This document shows, piece after piece, positions 17,376-27,262 of a DNA stretch of 39,970 nucleotides. Under the pieces are notes generated by a model. It was not told the DNA's origin, searched no databases, and saw only the letters and a program-made list of their open reading frames with translations. The stretch's first letter is position 1, and every line of letters begins with the position of its first letter. This DNA comes from a virus. Both the position numbers and the translations under genes were made by a program. The stretch lies in IMG/VR virus record IMGVR_UViG_3300045988_068451, positions 1 to 39,970 of that record; one strand, written 5' to 3'.

Positions 17376-17692
17376 GCTTCTACCTCTTCGATTACTTTTT
17401 TCATCTCTCTAAGTCTTTTAATCAAATCTTTTTCGTGCTGCTCTGCTTCCTCTTCCAGAATCCTTGCCCCTACCTCTGCAAATAGCATTTCTCTATCAAT
17501 CGTGAAATCTGCAGGGAAGCCCACATCTTCATAGCCGATTCCCTTCTTAAAAATTTTAAAGCTTATAAGTAATTCATCTTTTTTCGCAGCGACTCTAAGC
17601 TTTTCAGCTAATTCACGAAACTTGCGGGATGCAGTTCTTGAAAATTTTACACCTTCCAATCTTTCGATAATCTTATCTATATCATTCTTCAT
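17372..17692 (-). CDS. Hypothetical protein, 106 aa
   Basis: Track ORF. ATGA overlap with the downstream gene. SD present. Confidence 0.6.
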   Translation of the reverse strand: MKNDIDKIIERLEGVKFSRTASRKFRELAEKLRVAAKKDELLISFKIFKKGIGYEDVGFPADFTIDREMLFAEVGARILEEEAEQHEKDLIKRLREMKKVIEEVEA

Positions 17693-17704
17693 TTACTCAC
17701 CGCC

Positions 17705-18028
17705 TCACTTTAGCAACTCATCTAGCCTCTGATAAGCCTTTATAATTTCATCATCGTACTCTTCAATTTGATTTCTGAGCTTTTCCTCGATCAAAACTTC
17801 TATTTCTTCTATATCGTTGCCGCGTAGAGGCATAGGAACGCATTCTCTGTATCCATCATCGTCACTATATCCTGTAAGTGATGTAGTGCTGCATTGAAAG
17901 GCATCTAAAAACTTAAGCACGCCCATCGTGTCTTCCAGCTTGTTTTCGTAAAAGCTCGCCTTCTCGTTAAGATCGTTTATTTCATCAATTTTGTTCTTTA
18001 ATTCTTTTATTCTCTTATCTTCCATTGT
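17705..18028 (-). CDS. Hypothetical acidic coiled-coil protein, 107 aa from ATG 18028
   Basis: Track ORF trimmed to the ATG 8 nt after AAGGAGG. Confidence 0.6.
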   Translation of the reverse strand, partial: TMEDKRIKELKNKIDEINDLNEKASFYENKLEDTMGVLKFLDAFQCSTTSLTGYSDDDGYRECVPMPLRGNDIEEIEVLIEEKLRNQIEEYDDEIIKAYQRLDELLK

Positions 18029-18314
18029 TTTTTCCTCCTTGCTCTTCACCCCTAGTAGCTATCTCACCGCCACACGCAGCGTATCCTGCAACATCAATCC
18101 AACTGTCTTTATCTCTTCCCTCACTTGACTTTATTCTTGCAGTCTTCAGCAATATCATCATTGCAGCCACCTGTGGCGCTGATATAGGTATGTCTAAGAA
18201 AGCACTCCACATCTTTGCTATAGCGTTAAAGTTATCCTCCGGCTCTCCATACTGTAAATTTCTGTCACCGCATACACATTCATTTGCCAAATCTAAAATC
18301 TCTATTCTTGTCAT
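18015..18314 (-). CDS. Conserved phage protein (DUF6378-like as I recall), 99 aa
   Basis: The motif R..QYGEPEDNF..IA..W...L......V..MM.LLK..R......D.DSW.D.AGYAA is common in phage genomes. The family name is uncertain. Confidence 0.5.
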   Translation of the reverse strand: MTRIEILDLANECVCGDRNLQYGEPEDNFNAIAKMWSAFLDIPISAPQVAAMMILLKTARIKSSEGRDKDSWIDVAGYAACGGEIATRGEEQGGKNNGR

Positions 18315-18529
18315 TCGTTAATCACCGTCCTGTATATTGCTGTTTTTCCATCTTTTGACTTTAAAATAACCATTCTAGGAAATCCATGATTTACCCAGTC
18401 GCAGGGTTTGTACTCTGCTTTTTCAACCACAAGGTCAGTCTTGTGACCTTCCTCGCACTTTTTCGCTTGCTTGCGGTCGCTATAATCGGCTCCGCAAATT
18501 TCACAGCGGTAAACTGTATGCTCTTTCAT
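18311..18529 (-). CDS. Small C-x2-C ... C-x3-H zinc-ribbon-like protein, 72 aa from ATG 18529 (paralog of 17169..17375)
   Basis: MKEHTVYRCEICGADYSDRKQAKKCEEGHK.... TGATG overlap with the upstream micro-ORF. Confidence 0.6.
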   Translation of the reverse strand: MKEHTVYRCEICGADYSDRKQAKKCEEGHKTDLVVEKAEYKPCDWVNHGFPRMVILKSKDGKTAIYRTVINE

Positions 18530-18678
18530 CACTCGTTCTCCTTTATCTCCAGCCAAAATCCTTTAACTCCATCTTTCTCATAGCAAAAATCCGTATCGTA
18601 TCCCTCGGCTTCATATTCGTGCATCAGCTCTATTAAGTCGTCAGAATCTTTGCACCTGATATATCTAACTTCTGTCAT
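18529..18678 (-). CDS. Small acidic protein, 49 aa (below track threshold)
   Basis: Manual translation MTEVRYIRCKDSDDLIELMHEYEAEGYDTDFCYEKDGVKGFWLEIKENE. It fills the gap exactly, with TAATG and TGATG overlaps at its two ends. Confidence 0.5.
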   Translation of the reverse strand: MTEVRYIRCKDSDDLIELMHEYEAEGYDTDFCYEKDGVKGFWLEIKENE

Positions 18679-19151
18679 TACTCATTCTCCTTTACTCGTG
18701 TAGCAAACGCTAAGCCTAACCACTCATCAACTTCTTTTATGTAAACAATGTCACTATTTTCACCGGCATAATATCTTATACCCTGCCCAAATGGTTTTAT
18801 AAGTTTCTCATCTACAAAAATTGATTTATCATCTTTTGTCTTAAATTCTTTCAGCTGTCTTCCATCCGGTAGAATCTTTATCACCTTTGTATCCGTCAGC
18901 TGGTCTGCAGTCTCCGCACTTTTGAAAATATTATCTACCCTCGTGTTACCAAATCCTGCAAACGCAGGATTTAATAAGCTATACTTCTCCGGTATCAGGT
19001 ATATTGATATGCCTTTATACATAAGCGGTATATATGTGTTCCCGTCTATCGTGACAGTGCTACAAATTCTATAGTTCGCTGCTTTACCCGTGATTTTTGA
19101 CTTACAGATGTTTTTTACCCCATCCGCCTGTACTTTTCCAAAATCTATCAT
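18678..19151 (-). CDS. Hypothetical protein, 157 aa
   Basis: Track ORF. ATGA overlap with the SNF2 stop. Confidence 0.6.
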   Translation of the reverse strand: MIDFGKVQADGVKNICKSKITGKAANYRICSTVTIDGNTYIPLMYKGISIYLIPEKYSLLNPAFAGFGNTRVDNIFKSAETADQLTDTKVIKILPDGRQLKEFKTKDDKSIFVDEKLIKPFGQGIRYYAGENSDIVYIKEVDEWLGLAFATRVKENE

Positions 19152-20518
19152 TTTTTCAATCTCTCCTTTACTTCTTGTATTCTAGCTTTTAAGCTGTCAA
19201 GCAAGGCTTGCTGTGTATCGCTCTTGCCCTCAAGCGCTTTGGCCACATCCTCATCACGCTTGCCTTTTACAAGCAATTGATGAACTATAACCTTTTGCTT
19301 TTGTCCTTGCCTGTGAAGTCTTTTAAGTGCCTGTTGGTACAGCTCTAGGGACCAGTTAAGACCAAACCATATCATGTGATTACCTCCGTCCTGTAAGTTA
19401 AGCCCATAGGCTGCACTTGCAGGGTGCGCAAGCAGTAGCTCTATTTTCCCCTCGTTCCAGTCTTTTTGGTCCTGTACGGTCTTCAGCTCTCTGCACTGCG
19501 GAAACTCTTTTATGATTCGGTCTTTGTCGTGCTGGAAGCTGTAGAACAATAAAATATTATGGCCTTTCAGTGATTCTATAATCTCTTTCAGTGCGTCCAT
19601 CTTGCAGTCGTGTATGTGATGGACCCCTCTGTCTTCATCATACACCGCCCCGTTGCAAAGCTGTAAAAGCTTATTTGAAAGTGCAGCTCCATTTGTAGCA
19701 GATATTTCTCCATCAGGAATTTGCAGAATATATTCTGTTTCAAATTCTCTGTAAACCTTATCGGCCTTGGCGTCTAAAACTACATACGTTGGGTTTATAA
19801 CAAGGTCAGGAAGCTCTAAATAATCACTTGCCTGCATTGATATGCAAAGGTCTGATAACTCTTTGGATATAAGCTCTTTGGCTCCGTCTTTAGGGGTGTA
19901 GTTTTGTCTTCCTGATGCATCTGCTGTGTAACTATCAAAATACCTGTTACGGTATTGAGTAATAGTCTTATAAAGCCTTTGACCCTTATCAAGCAAATAC
20001 ACTTGCGCCCATAAATCCATTAAGCCGTTAGGCGCCGGAGTTCCCGTAAGCCCTATAATTCTATCTATCCTTGGCCTTATAGCTTTTAAATCCTTAAACC
20101 TCTTTGCTTCTCTGCTCTTAAAACTTGATAGCTCATCTATAACCACCGTATCAAAAGGCCAATCATTTTTGTAATAATCCACAAGCCATGATACATTTTC
20201 ACGGTTTATAACATAGATGTCTGCAGGTGTACAAAGCGCTCTAATTCTCTTTGCGCTACTGCCAAGGCAAGTGCTTATTCTTAAATGTTTTAAGTGGTCC
20301 CATTTATCGGCCTCAAGTGCCCAAGTTCCTTCTGCAACCTTTTTCGGCGCTATGACTAAGGCTTTTGAAATCTCAAAACGGTTATAAAGTAAATCATTAA
20401 GGGCGGTTAAAGTTATTACAGTCTTTCCAAGTCCCATATCAAGAAACAGCCCAATTTCTTTTTGCGATATTATTCTTTCGATGCAATACCTTTGATAATT
20501 ATGCGCTTTGAATATCAT
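19148..20518 (-). CDS. SNF2-family helicase, 456 aa
   Basis: Motif I DMGLGKT, motif II VIDELSSF, motif III LTGTPAPNG, motif VI RLHRQGQ. Confidence 0.9.
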   Translation of the reverse strand: MIFKAHNYQRYCIERIISQKEIGLFLDMGLGKTVITLTALNDLLYNRFEISKALVIAPKKVAEGTWALEADKWDHLKHLRISTCLGSSAKRIRALCTPADIYVINRENVSWLVDYYKNDWPFDTVVIDELSSFKSREAKRFKDLKAIRPRIDRIIGLTGTPAPNGLMDLWAQVYLLDKGQRLYKTITQYRNRYFDSYTADASGRQNYTPKDGAKELISKELSDLCISMQASDYLELPDLVINPTYVVLDAKADKVYREFETEYILQIPDGEISATNGAALSNKLLQLCNGAVYDEDRGVHHIHDCKMDALKEIIESLKGHNILLFYSFQHDKDRIIKEFPQCRELKTVQDQKDWNEGKIELLLAHPASAAYGLNLQDGGNHMIWFGLNWSLELYQQALKRLHRQGQKQKVIVHQLLVKGKRDEDVAKALEGKSDTQQALLDSLKARIQEVKERLKK

Positions 20519-20780
20519 TTAAAAACTTATCTACTCCCTCTTTGCTGTCGATCACAAAAACCTTGCAACCCAAATCCTTAAGCCTGCCTATCTGCCTGTC
20601 CTGTAGTTGGCTTGTTTTTCCTCCAGGTCTTTTAAGCTCTATGAAATAAATCTTGTTTCTCGGCATTACTACAAGCCTATCGGGTACTCCTGCATTGCCC
20701 GGAGATGTAAACTTGAAGGCTATACCGCCCAGCTTTTTTACTCCAAGTCTTAAATATTCTTCAATCTCTCGTTCTCTCAT
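20499..20780 (-). CDS. VRR-NUC domain nuclease, 93 aa from ATG 20780
   Basis: GVPDRLVV...YFIELKRPGG..S.LQ (D...ExK catalytic pattern). ATGA overlap with the upstream gene. Confidence 0.85.
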   Translation of the reverse strand: MREREIEEYLRLGVKKLGGIAFKFTSPGNAGVPDRLVVMPRNKIYFIELKRPGGKTSQLQDRQIGRLKDLGCKVFVIDSKEGVDKFLNDIQSA

Positions 20781-20971
20781 TTTCTTAACCGCCAAAACCA
20801 ATTATTTATATCGTCCTCTTGCTGGTGAAAAGTTTCCACACCTAAATTTTTTCTTGCCGCTTTGAATTCGCTTTTCTTAAAGCCTGTCTTTTTAAATTCA
20901 GCTCTTACCCAATCTACCAAATGCCATTCTTCATCTTTTAACTGATCGACTAACCAATCTTCACAAGTCAT
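20777..20971 (-). CDS. Hypothetical protein, 64 aa from ATG 20971
   Basis: Track ORF trimmed to the ATG behind AAAGGAGA. Confidence 0.55.
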   Translation of the reverse strand: MTCEDWLVDQLKDEEWHLVDWVRAEFKKTGFKKSEFKAARKNLGVETFHQQEDDINNWFWRLRK

Positions 20972-20986
20972 TTTTTCTCCTTTCAA

Positions 20987-21130
20987 TTTAAAAAAGGGGG
21001 CAACTTTGACGTTTTTTTCTATATATATATGTATTAGGGGTATATATACGGTATATAGTGTCTATTTTATATAGTTATATACTTAATGTTGCTGTTGCCC
21101 TAATACTACAAACCCTTATAAATCAAGGCT
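20987..21130. promoter_or_regulatory. AT-rich repeat-containing intergenic region (candidate replication origin or middle promoter region)
   Basis: (TA)n and GGTATATA x2 spaced 11 bp apart, plus TATATAGT x2. Flanked by direct GGGGGCAAC copies (20996-21004, 21134-21142) and an inverted GTTGCCCTAA (21094-21103). Confidence 0.35.
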
Positions 21131-23515
21131 TTAGGGGGCAACATTTTTATATCCTCTTTGGTCTCCATGGCAGCCGAATTTCATCACTTTATTGCAGTGT
21201 TCAAATCCATCTAAGCTGCTTAGAATCCCATTTATTTCTATAGTATCCTGTCTTCTTGCTGTGCTTGCGTCCTTGCCAAAGCACTCTGTCCAGATCTCCG
21301 CCGCACATATCCTATCCCTTTTTACAGTATTACCTTTGTATGTTTTGTACTCGAAAGACCAGTAAGCTCTTCTTTGCTCCAGGCTGTATGTGTTCCATCC
21401 TTCCGGTACTTCTTTTTCTACAAAGTTTCTTACCATTCCTGTCTTAATAGAAACCTCTCTATGCTCTTCCTGTACAAGTCTGGCCATTGCTTCTACGTCT
21501 TTTGGTAGGTGTAATTTCTCACCTAATTGCCAGTAAAAATATGCTTCTGCCCATATTTGGTCTTTTTCTTTTGGAAGGTCATTAAAAACAGATTTTGCGG
21601 TTTTAAGCGGGTCCGCATCTACTGGCCAAAACCTACGGCTCCCCGTCGGGTCCCTTAAGTATTCGCTATCATTTGTAGTTCCAAAGAATACGCACTTTCT
21701 GGGAAACTGCGCTGTTCTTCTTCCGTACGCTTCTCTGTATATATCATCGGTCTTTGAAAGAAACTGCTTTACCGTATTAGTCTCCGACTTAGACATACCA
21801 CTAAGCTCTCCGACTTCTACGATCCATCTGCCCTGAATAAGTTCCGCCGCTTCTTTTCCCTCAAAAGTCATAAGGCTGTCTGAAAACCAATCACCACCGA
21901 GCGTTGCAAAGAAAGTACTCTTACCTATACCCTGCGCCCCTGATACAATCACCATGTTGTCAAACTTGGCTCCCGGTTGCATAACTCTTGTTACTGCTGC
22001 AACAAAAGACTTTCTAGCTACAGCTTTTACATATAGGCTGTTTTCAGCCCCGAAATAATCTATAAATAGATTCTCAAGCCTTTGCACTCCGTCCCAACTA
22101 AGCCCCGTTAAATAGTCTTTAACGCTATTAAAAGCGTGCTTGTGGGCGCATAAAGCGGTTGCATCATATATCTTATCTTTACCCGTGATTCCGTAAACGC
22201 TTTCCAGATACCATCTAAGGCCTGCATCGTCTGTGTCGTTCCACTGTCTTTTTTCTTCTTCACTATTCCAAGGAAGCGCCCCCAGTGCAACACCTCTGCA
22301 TGCGAATTCATCGAGAGCTATTTTATCTTTTAACAGCGGATCATTATCAAGTATCAGACTTATATTGCCTATTGTCTTTTCCACTGCTCCATTGCTATTG
22401 ATTTTAAGCCCTGACATCCAATCGCTGTTATCATCTGTTATGTCGGTTTTAAACTCTCCACTTGCCTCTTCATATCTCTCTTTAGTTAAAAGCACAGATA
22501 CCTCTTTAATGCCCCTTACAAGCTCCGCCATGGCCAAATAAGAAGGCAACTTATTTGTAGGAGTATCCGGCTTTATGTCTGCGTCCAAGTCACCAAACTT
22601 ATGAAGCCTTACAAGGTCCCAAGCATTACACAGTCTTCCGCTTGCAGGGTCTGTAGCATGATGCGAATACAGCCACAGCCCGTTGTATACGATTGCACCT
22701 CCTGCGGTTGAACCACCTGAGTAGGTGTATCTGTCCTCGTGCTCTGTGCTTAAGTAAGCCCCTGGAATAAGCTCATCCATAGCCCTGTAAATGTCGTAAG
22801 TTCTACAAAAAGCACCTATGATTCCACCCTTCTCTCTTGGATCCTGTTGCTTATCGGCCAAGTGTGTATACTTTTGAGCTTCGTTCGGTACAAGTGGCCA
22901 TTCTAAGTGATTATGCCAGTCGTTGTACATGGCCAGCACACCTTTAGGATCTAAGAATCCACCTTCGAGAACTTTAAAAACATACACGCTATCACTACTG
23001 CAACTTGGGTTGTACATAAGTCTTGAAGCCTGGAATGTTGTCGGGTCTGCCCACTCTATTCCTATAAGCTCCGCAACCTTTCTTGCTATTGGTTCATACT
23101 CTTCGGCTGTTACGGTGTTTGCAAGCGGAATAATTACTCTAAGCCTCGGCCTTGCAGGTTCGTGCTTTCTTGTACTGTGTACTAAAAGGGCACAGCCAAG
23201 CAAAGTTATTCTTTTTAAAACTTCGTCGGTCATTCCGCTTGGAATATTATCGAGGTCAAGCGTAACTAAATCCCTACTCTCTACACTTCTTGCCCCTCTA
23301 CGGCCGTTTATGAGAGCACCGCCCACATAACCGCCGACATCCTTAAGTTCGTCCTGCTTCGATTTAGGAAGGCTTAAAAAGTGTTCCAGTGTTTCAGGCG
23401 ACCTTACAGGAGTCTCTAATTTTTTTATGAATTCCGACCACCAAATTGTCTGCCTCTGCCACTTAGCAGAAAATCGACTGGCGGCAATGGAAATAGTCAG
23501 CTTTTTATCCGTCAT
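21131..23515 (-). CDS. Primase-helicase: N-terminal AEP/prim-pol-like domain plus a VirE/P4-type P-loop NTPase, 794 aa
   Basis: Walker A VSGAQGIGKSTF in a VirE-like region. The N-terminus has TLDLDN and LVHSTRKH motifs consistent with an archaeo-eukaryotic primase fold. Confidence 0.85.
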   Translation of the reverse strand: MTDKKLTISIAASRFSAKWQRQTIWWSEFIKKLETPVRSPETLEHFLSLPKSKQDELKDVGGYVGGALINGRRGARSVESRDLVTLDLDNIPSGMTDEVLKRITLLGCALLVHSTRKHEPARPRLRVIIPLANTVTAEEYEPIARKVAELIGIEWADPTTFQASRLMYNPSCSSDSVYVFKVLEGGFLDPKGVLAMYNDWHNHLEWPLVPNEAQKYTHLADKQQDPREKGGIIGAFCRTYDIYRAMDELIPGAYLSTEHEDRYTYSGGSTAGGAIVYNGLWLYSHHATDPASGRLCNAWDLVRLHKFGDLDADIKPDTPTNKLPSYLAMAELVRGIKEVSVLLTKERYEEASGEFKTDITDDNSDWMSGLKINSNGAVEKTIGNISLILDNDPLLKDKIALDEFACRGVALGALPWNSEEEKRQWNDTDDAGLRWYLESVYGITGKDKIYDATALCAHKHAFNSVKDYLTGLSWDGVQRLENLFIDYFGAENSLYVKAVARKSFVAAVTRVMQPGAKFDNMVIVSGAQGIGKSTFFATLGGDWFSDSLMTFEGKEAAELIQGRWIVEVGELSGMSKSETNTVKQFLSKTDDIYREAYGRRTAQFPRKCVFFGTTNDSEYLRDPTGSRRFWPVDADPLKTAKSVFNDLPKEKDQIWAEAYFYWQLGEKLHLPKDVEAMARLVQEEHREVSIKTGMVRNFVEKEVPEGWNTYSLEQRRAYWSFEYKTYKGNTVKRDRICAAEIWTECFGKDASTARRQDTIEINGILSSLDGFEHCNKVMKFGCHGDQRGYKNVAP

Positions 23516-23518
23516 ATT

Positions 23519-25480
23519 TTAGTCCTTTTTATAAAACATTGATTCGAAACCGTCGCCACGTAGTATAAGCCCCCGGGCCCACGGCACGGGCTCCGCCATT
23601 ATATCTGTAAGTTCTTTAAGTTCTCTATCTACAGGGCTGTCAATTACCATTTCATCATGTATGTGCATCACTACTTTAAATCCCTTTGCTGCAGTCTTTT
23701 TCATACTTAATGCCAAACAGTCTCTTGCTATCGCTTGAACGATATTCTCAACTATCTTTCCTCCGTAGGTGCCTATTTCGCCCCATTTCTTAGTTCCCTG
23801 TTCTACACCCATGTAAAACATCTGCTCTTTGCACTTTTCATTAATCTTAAGTGTAGGGTTTATGTAAAATAACTCTCTACCGGAAGGTAGTGTAATTATC
23901 ATAAAATTATCTGCTTTTCTGAAAGTACAACCGTTTACGTTTTGAGCCATGCCCGTACGAACTGCTGTAAGAACTGCATTCTCACATCTATACCAAAGTT
24001 CAACTATTCTTTTGTTTGAACCTCTCCATCTTGCAACTATATCAAACAGCTCATCATCACTAAGCCCCATTTTATCGGCGCCCATAGCCTTTAGGGCTCC
24101 TACATGGCCTTGATACCCAAGAGCCAACTCCGCAATCTTTCCTTTTTGCCTAAGCTCATATTCGGGATTACCTTTTTTAATTCTATCTATCGGCACCCCA
24201 AACATAGCGGAAGCGGAAGCTTCATAAATTTTACCGTGTGTGGCAAATACTTCTTGCCTCCATCCCTCTCCTGATAGCCAAGCAATCACTCTCGCCTCTA
24301 TAGCAGAGAAGTCTGCAACAATAAATTTATTGCCCTGTGCAGGAATAAAAGTAGTTCTTATGAGTTGAGATAAAGTGTCAGGAATATTACCAAATATCAT
24401 TTTTAAGCTGTCTAAGTCCTTAGCCTTAACTAGATCTCTTGCAAGCTCTATCATATCCATATGATTTCTTGGCAGGTTTTGCACTTGTACAAGTCTGCCT
24501 GCCCATCTACCTGTTCTGTTACCACCGTAAAACTGCAAAAGTCCTCTTATTCTTCCGTCATCACAAAGGGCATTTTTCATTGCGTCATACTTCTTTACAG
24601 AAGTCTTTGAGAGTTCCTGCCTTATCTCAAGCATTCTTACAGCTGTATCGTTGTTAAGGTCTTTTATCATGCCTGAAACCGTTTCTTTCCTGAGATTATC
24701 CACCTCTTCGCCTGTCTCTTCCTCAAGCCATTTAGTTAACTGCTGTACTGATTTAGGGTTATTAAGTCCTGTAATCTCTTTAGCCTCTTCCATAAGGCTC
24801 TCTGTAATAGCCTGAGAACAATATAGAGCTCCTTCAATGAGCTTTTCATCTACGGCCACACCTGTGTTATTTATTATCAAATCCAGTCGCCATAGTTCCA
24901 TCTCGTCATCAGGTACCGGGTATTTATCTAAAATGTTTTTTATAGACATTTCAGTCACTACATCCTGCTTACAATATTCTCTAAACAGTTGCCATTTTTC
25001 GGGCTCATGCTGTGGAAGTATTCTTGTCCTAGGATCCTTCTTTGATGGCTTATGCGGTACGCAGAATTTGCGTATAAGGCTTAAGCCTACACCCATCTTC
25101 CTTTTGTCTTGTGGAAGTCCTATAGCCTCGCCTATGGCCGCTAAACCTCCGGGATACCCTAAATATAATCCATGATGCATTGTACAAGCCCAGCCGTCTA
25201 ATGGCAGTTCGTGCCCATAATATTTTGATAAACAAAGCCACTCAAATGTTGCGTTATAAGCACATTTTTCTACACCTGCCGATACTATCAGGCTGTAAAG
25301 CAAATCCATACCGGATTTAAAGTCGGGCTCTGTAAAATCAAGTATCTGCACAGGCCCTCCATCTAAACTATATGCGGCAAGCATTATTTCAAAATCAGGA
25401 GAGCGTACATATGCGTACGCTCCTGCTTTTTTAATATCTACACTGCTATAGGTTTCCAGGTCTATCGACAGCCTAATCAT
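23519..25480 (-). CDS. Family A DNA polymerase with 3'-5' exonuclease domain, 653 aa
   Basis: Exo I IDLETYS. Pol motif A VADFSAIEARV, motif B RQKGKIAELALGYQG, motif C HIHDEMV. Confidence 0.9.
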   Translation of the reverse strand: MIRLSIDLETYSSVDIKKAGAYAYVRSPDFEIMLAAYSLDGGPVQILDFTEPDFKSGMDLLYSLIVSAGVEKCAYNATFEWLCLSKYYGHELPLDGWACTMHHGLYLGYPGGLAAIGEAIGLPQDKRKMGVGLSLIRKFCVPHKPSKKDPRTRILPQHEPEKWQLFREYCKQDVVTEMSIKNILDKYPVPDDEMELWRLDLIINNTGVAVDEKLIEGALYCSQAITESLMEEAKEITGLNNPKSVQQLTKWLEEETGEEVDNLRKETVSGMIKDLNNDTAVRMLEIRQELSKTSVKKYDAMKNALCDDGRIRGLLQFYGGNRTGRWAGRLVQVQNLPRNHMDMIELARDLVKAKDLDSLKMIFGNIPDTLSQLIRTTFIPAQGNKFIVADFSAIEARVIAWLSGEGWRQEVFATHGKIYEASASAMFGVPIDRIKKGNPEYELRQKGKIAELALGYQGHVGALKAMGADKMGLSDDELFDIVARWRGSNKRIVELWYRCENAVLTAVRTGMAQNVNGCTFRKADNFMIITLPSGRELFYINPTLKINEKCKEQMFYMGVEQGTKKWGEIGTYGGKIVENIVQAIARDCLALSMKKTAAKGFKVVMHIHDEMVIDSPVDRELKELTDIMAEPVPWARGLILRGDGFESMFYKKD

Positions 25481-26109
25481 AGACCCATAACTCCGCCCTG
25501 TACTATGGGTTGCCCTGTTATAGGGTCAATCTGTGGTTGTACAGGTTGCTGTGTATACTGTGGCTGTGTAGCTCCGCCCCCAAAGTCCTCCGATGCGGAT
25601 GCCTTGGAACCTCCTAAAGGTGTACCATCTTCAAGCTTTTGTACATTGTTCAAATAGCATCCTATTCCCCTTTTTCCTGCGCTGAAATATGGAGCAAAAT
25701 TTACTGAAAGTCTACCGTACATTCCCGAGTAAACTTCTGTTGCACTCATTATCGGTAGTAAGTCAGGGCCCACTATCTCAGGTCTCGGTTTAGTTGGATC
25801 TGCATTTGTTGACGCTGTAAATACCCAGCATCCTTTACACTCATCCCCATAAGGCTCTCCACTGTCTTTCACTCCGTCTCCGTCATGAATTGGTGTAGGT
25901 ACTACCGGAGGAACTACCCCGTTCCATTTTCCGTTTCTGCCCTCTTCTATAGCTTGCGCTATAGCTGTATCAATAGCTTGCTTTGTCTGTATATCAGACT
26001 TTGGCAACAGCGCTGTTACACTATATTTACTGTTTCCGTTTAAGTCGTTTCTCGGGTTTAAAAGTGCCACATAACTAAATCTTACTTTTCCTGTTATTAC
26101 TTTACTCAT
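25477..26109 (-). CDS. DUF2815-type ssDNA-binding protein, 210 aa from ATG 26109
   Basis: N-terminal VITGKVRFSYVALLNP pattern and conserved position between the DUF2800 gene and the polymerase. GGAGGAA lies 7 nt upstream of the ATG. Confidence 0.7.
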   Translation of the reverse strand: MSKVITGKVRFSYVALLNPRNDLNGNSKYSVTALLPKSDIQTKQAIDTAIAQAIEEGRNGKWNGVVPPVVPTPIHDGDGVKDSGEPYGDECKGCWVFTASTNADPTKPRPEIVGPDLLPIMSATEVYSGMYGRLSVNFAPYFSAGKRGIGCYLNNVQKLEDGTPLGGSKASASEDFGGGATQPQYTQQPVQPQIDPITGQPIVQGGVMGL

Positions 26110-27262
26110 TTGTTGATTCCTCCTTGAATTCATCTGCTGCTTTTAATTTAATTGATTCTCTTTTATCACTATCAGGTACCAATGTCGGTTTACCTGTACT
26201 AGCCGTTACCATATCGCCTACAAGGGCGCTAAATTCTTTCTTGCCTATCTCTTTTTCAACTTGAGCAAGAGTCAACGGGCTCTTTACCCACAAAATTTCC
26301 TCACTTATACCGCTATCTGTAAGCTTTTTAAAGGCCATATCCATATCAGTCCAAGCTCTTGTTTTTCTTCCTTCTACAGCCTTCCATCCGGATATATCAT
26401 TGCCTTTTAACACTTCCGACAGTGCATATTCTTCTAAGGCTTTTGCCCAACTTGCAACATCTTTTGCCGTCTGTAAGATCTGCCCGATTTCTTCACGAGA
26501 CAAGAGCTCAGGCTTTTTAAAGTCAAGTTTTGCAAGTTCTCTGCATTTCTCAGCGTGCTTCTGGCATATTGGTTTAGCTTTACAAAAACCACACCAGGGT
26601 CCCACCTTTTGCTCTCCTGCGCCCATATACGCCATTTCCACTGTCGGCCCTATGCTGTCGCCCCAAGCCTTTAACTCCTGTACGCTTGTTGTAAATGTTC
26701 CGCCACCATCATTGTTCCTTGGCTGGAAGATATGCATATGCACCGATTGAATGTTGTAGAATAATTCATATTCGCCTACTGCTCCAAGTGCATACAGTTT
26801 TAACTGCGGATTATCCTCCGCACTAACCGGGACATTTTTACCATACTTCAGATCTACTATGTGTAACTCATTACCCGATATTATTATGCAGTCTGCCGTA
26901 CCAAACCCCTCAGGTATGTATGCGGATAAGTCAAGTTTTACCTCTACGGCTATGTACGGTTTTTGTGGGTATGAAAGCACAATGCTTCTTATATACTCCG
27001 CGTATTCGTCTGTAAGAGTGTCCATCTCTTTTTGGTACATACTATCGTTTGTAAAATCCTTAAGTAGTTTATTGAAGGACCTTTTCGACAACGGATCTAT
27101 AAGCATATTTCTTACTTTAGCCTCTGCTATTGCGTGCGCCAAAGTGCCTTCTTTTGCGCTATCTGACGATCTATCTTCAAAATTCTCTTCAAGTCTTGCG
27201 CTGGGGGTGCACTCTAACCACCTGTGCGCCCCCGATGCGCTTAATACTGCGTGCTTTGGCAT
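26102..27262 (-). CDS. DUF2800-type PD-(D/E)xK (Cas4-like) nuclease, 386 aa
   Basis: N-terminal LSASGAHRWLECTPSA, central D..K core and the Cys cluster CGFCKAKPIC. Confidence 0.8.
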   Translation of the reverse strand: MPKHAVLSASGAHRWLECTPSARLEENFEDRSSDSAKEGTLAHAIAEAKVRNMLIDPLSKRSFNKLLKDFTNDSMYQKEMDTLTDEYAEYIRSIVLSYPQKPYIAVEVKLDLSAYIPEGFGTADCIIISGNELHIVDLKYGKNVPVSAEDNPQLKLYALGAVGEYELFYNIQSVHMHIFQPRNNDGGGTFTTSVQELKAWGDSIGPTVEMAYMGAGEQKVGPWCGFCKAKPICQKHAEKCRELAKLDFKKPELLSREEIGQILQTAKDVASWAKALEEYALSEVLKGNDISGWKAVEGRKTRAWTDMDMAFKKLTDSGISEEILWVKSPLTLAQVEKEIGKKEFSALVGDMVTASTGKPTLVPDSDKRESIKLKAADEFKEESTNE

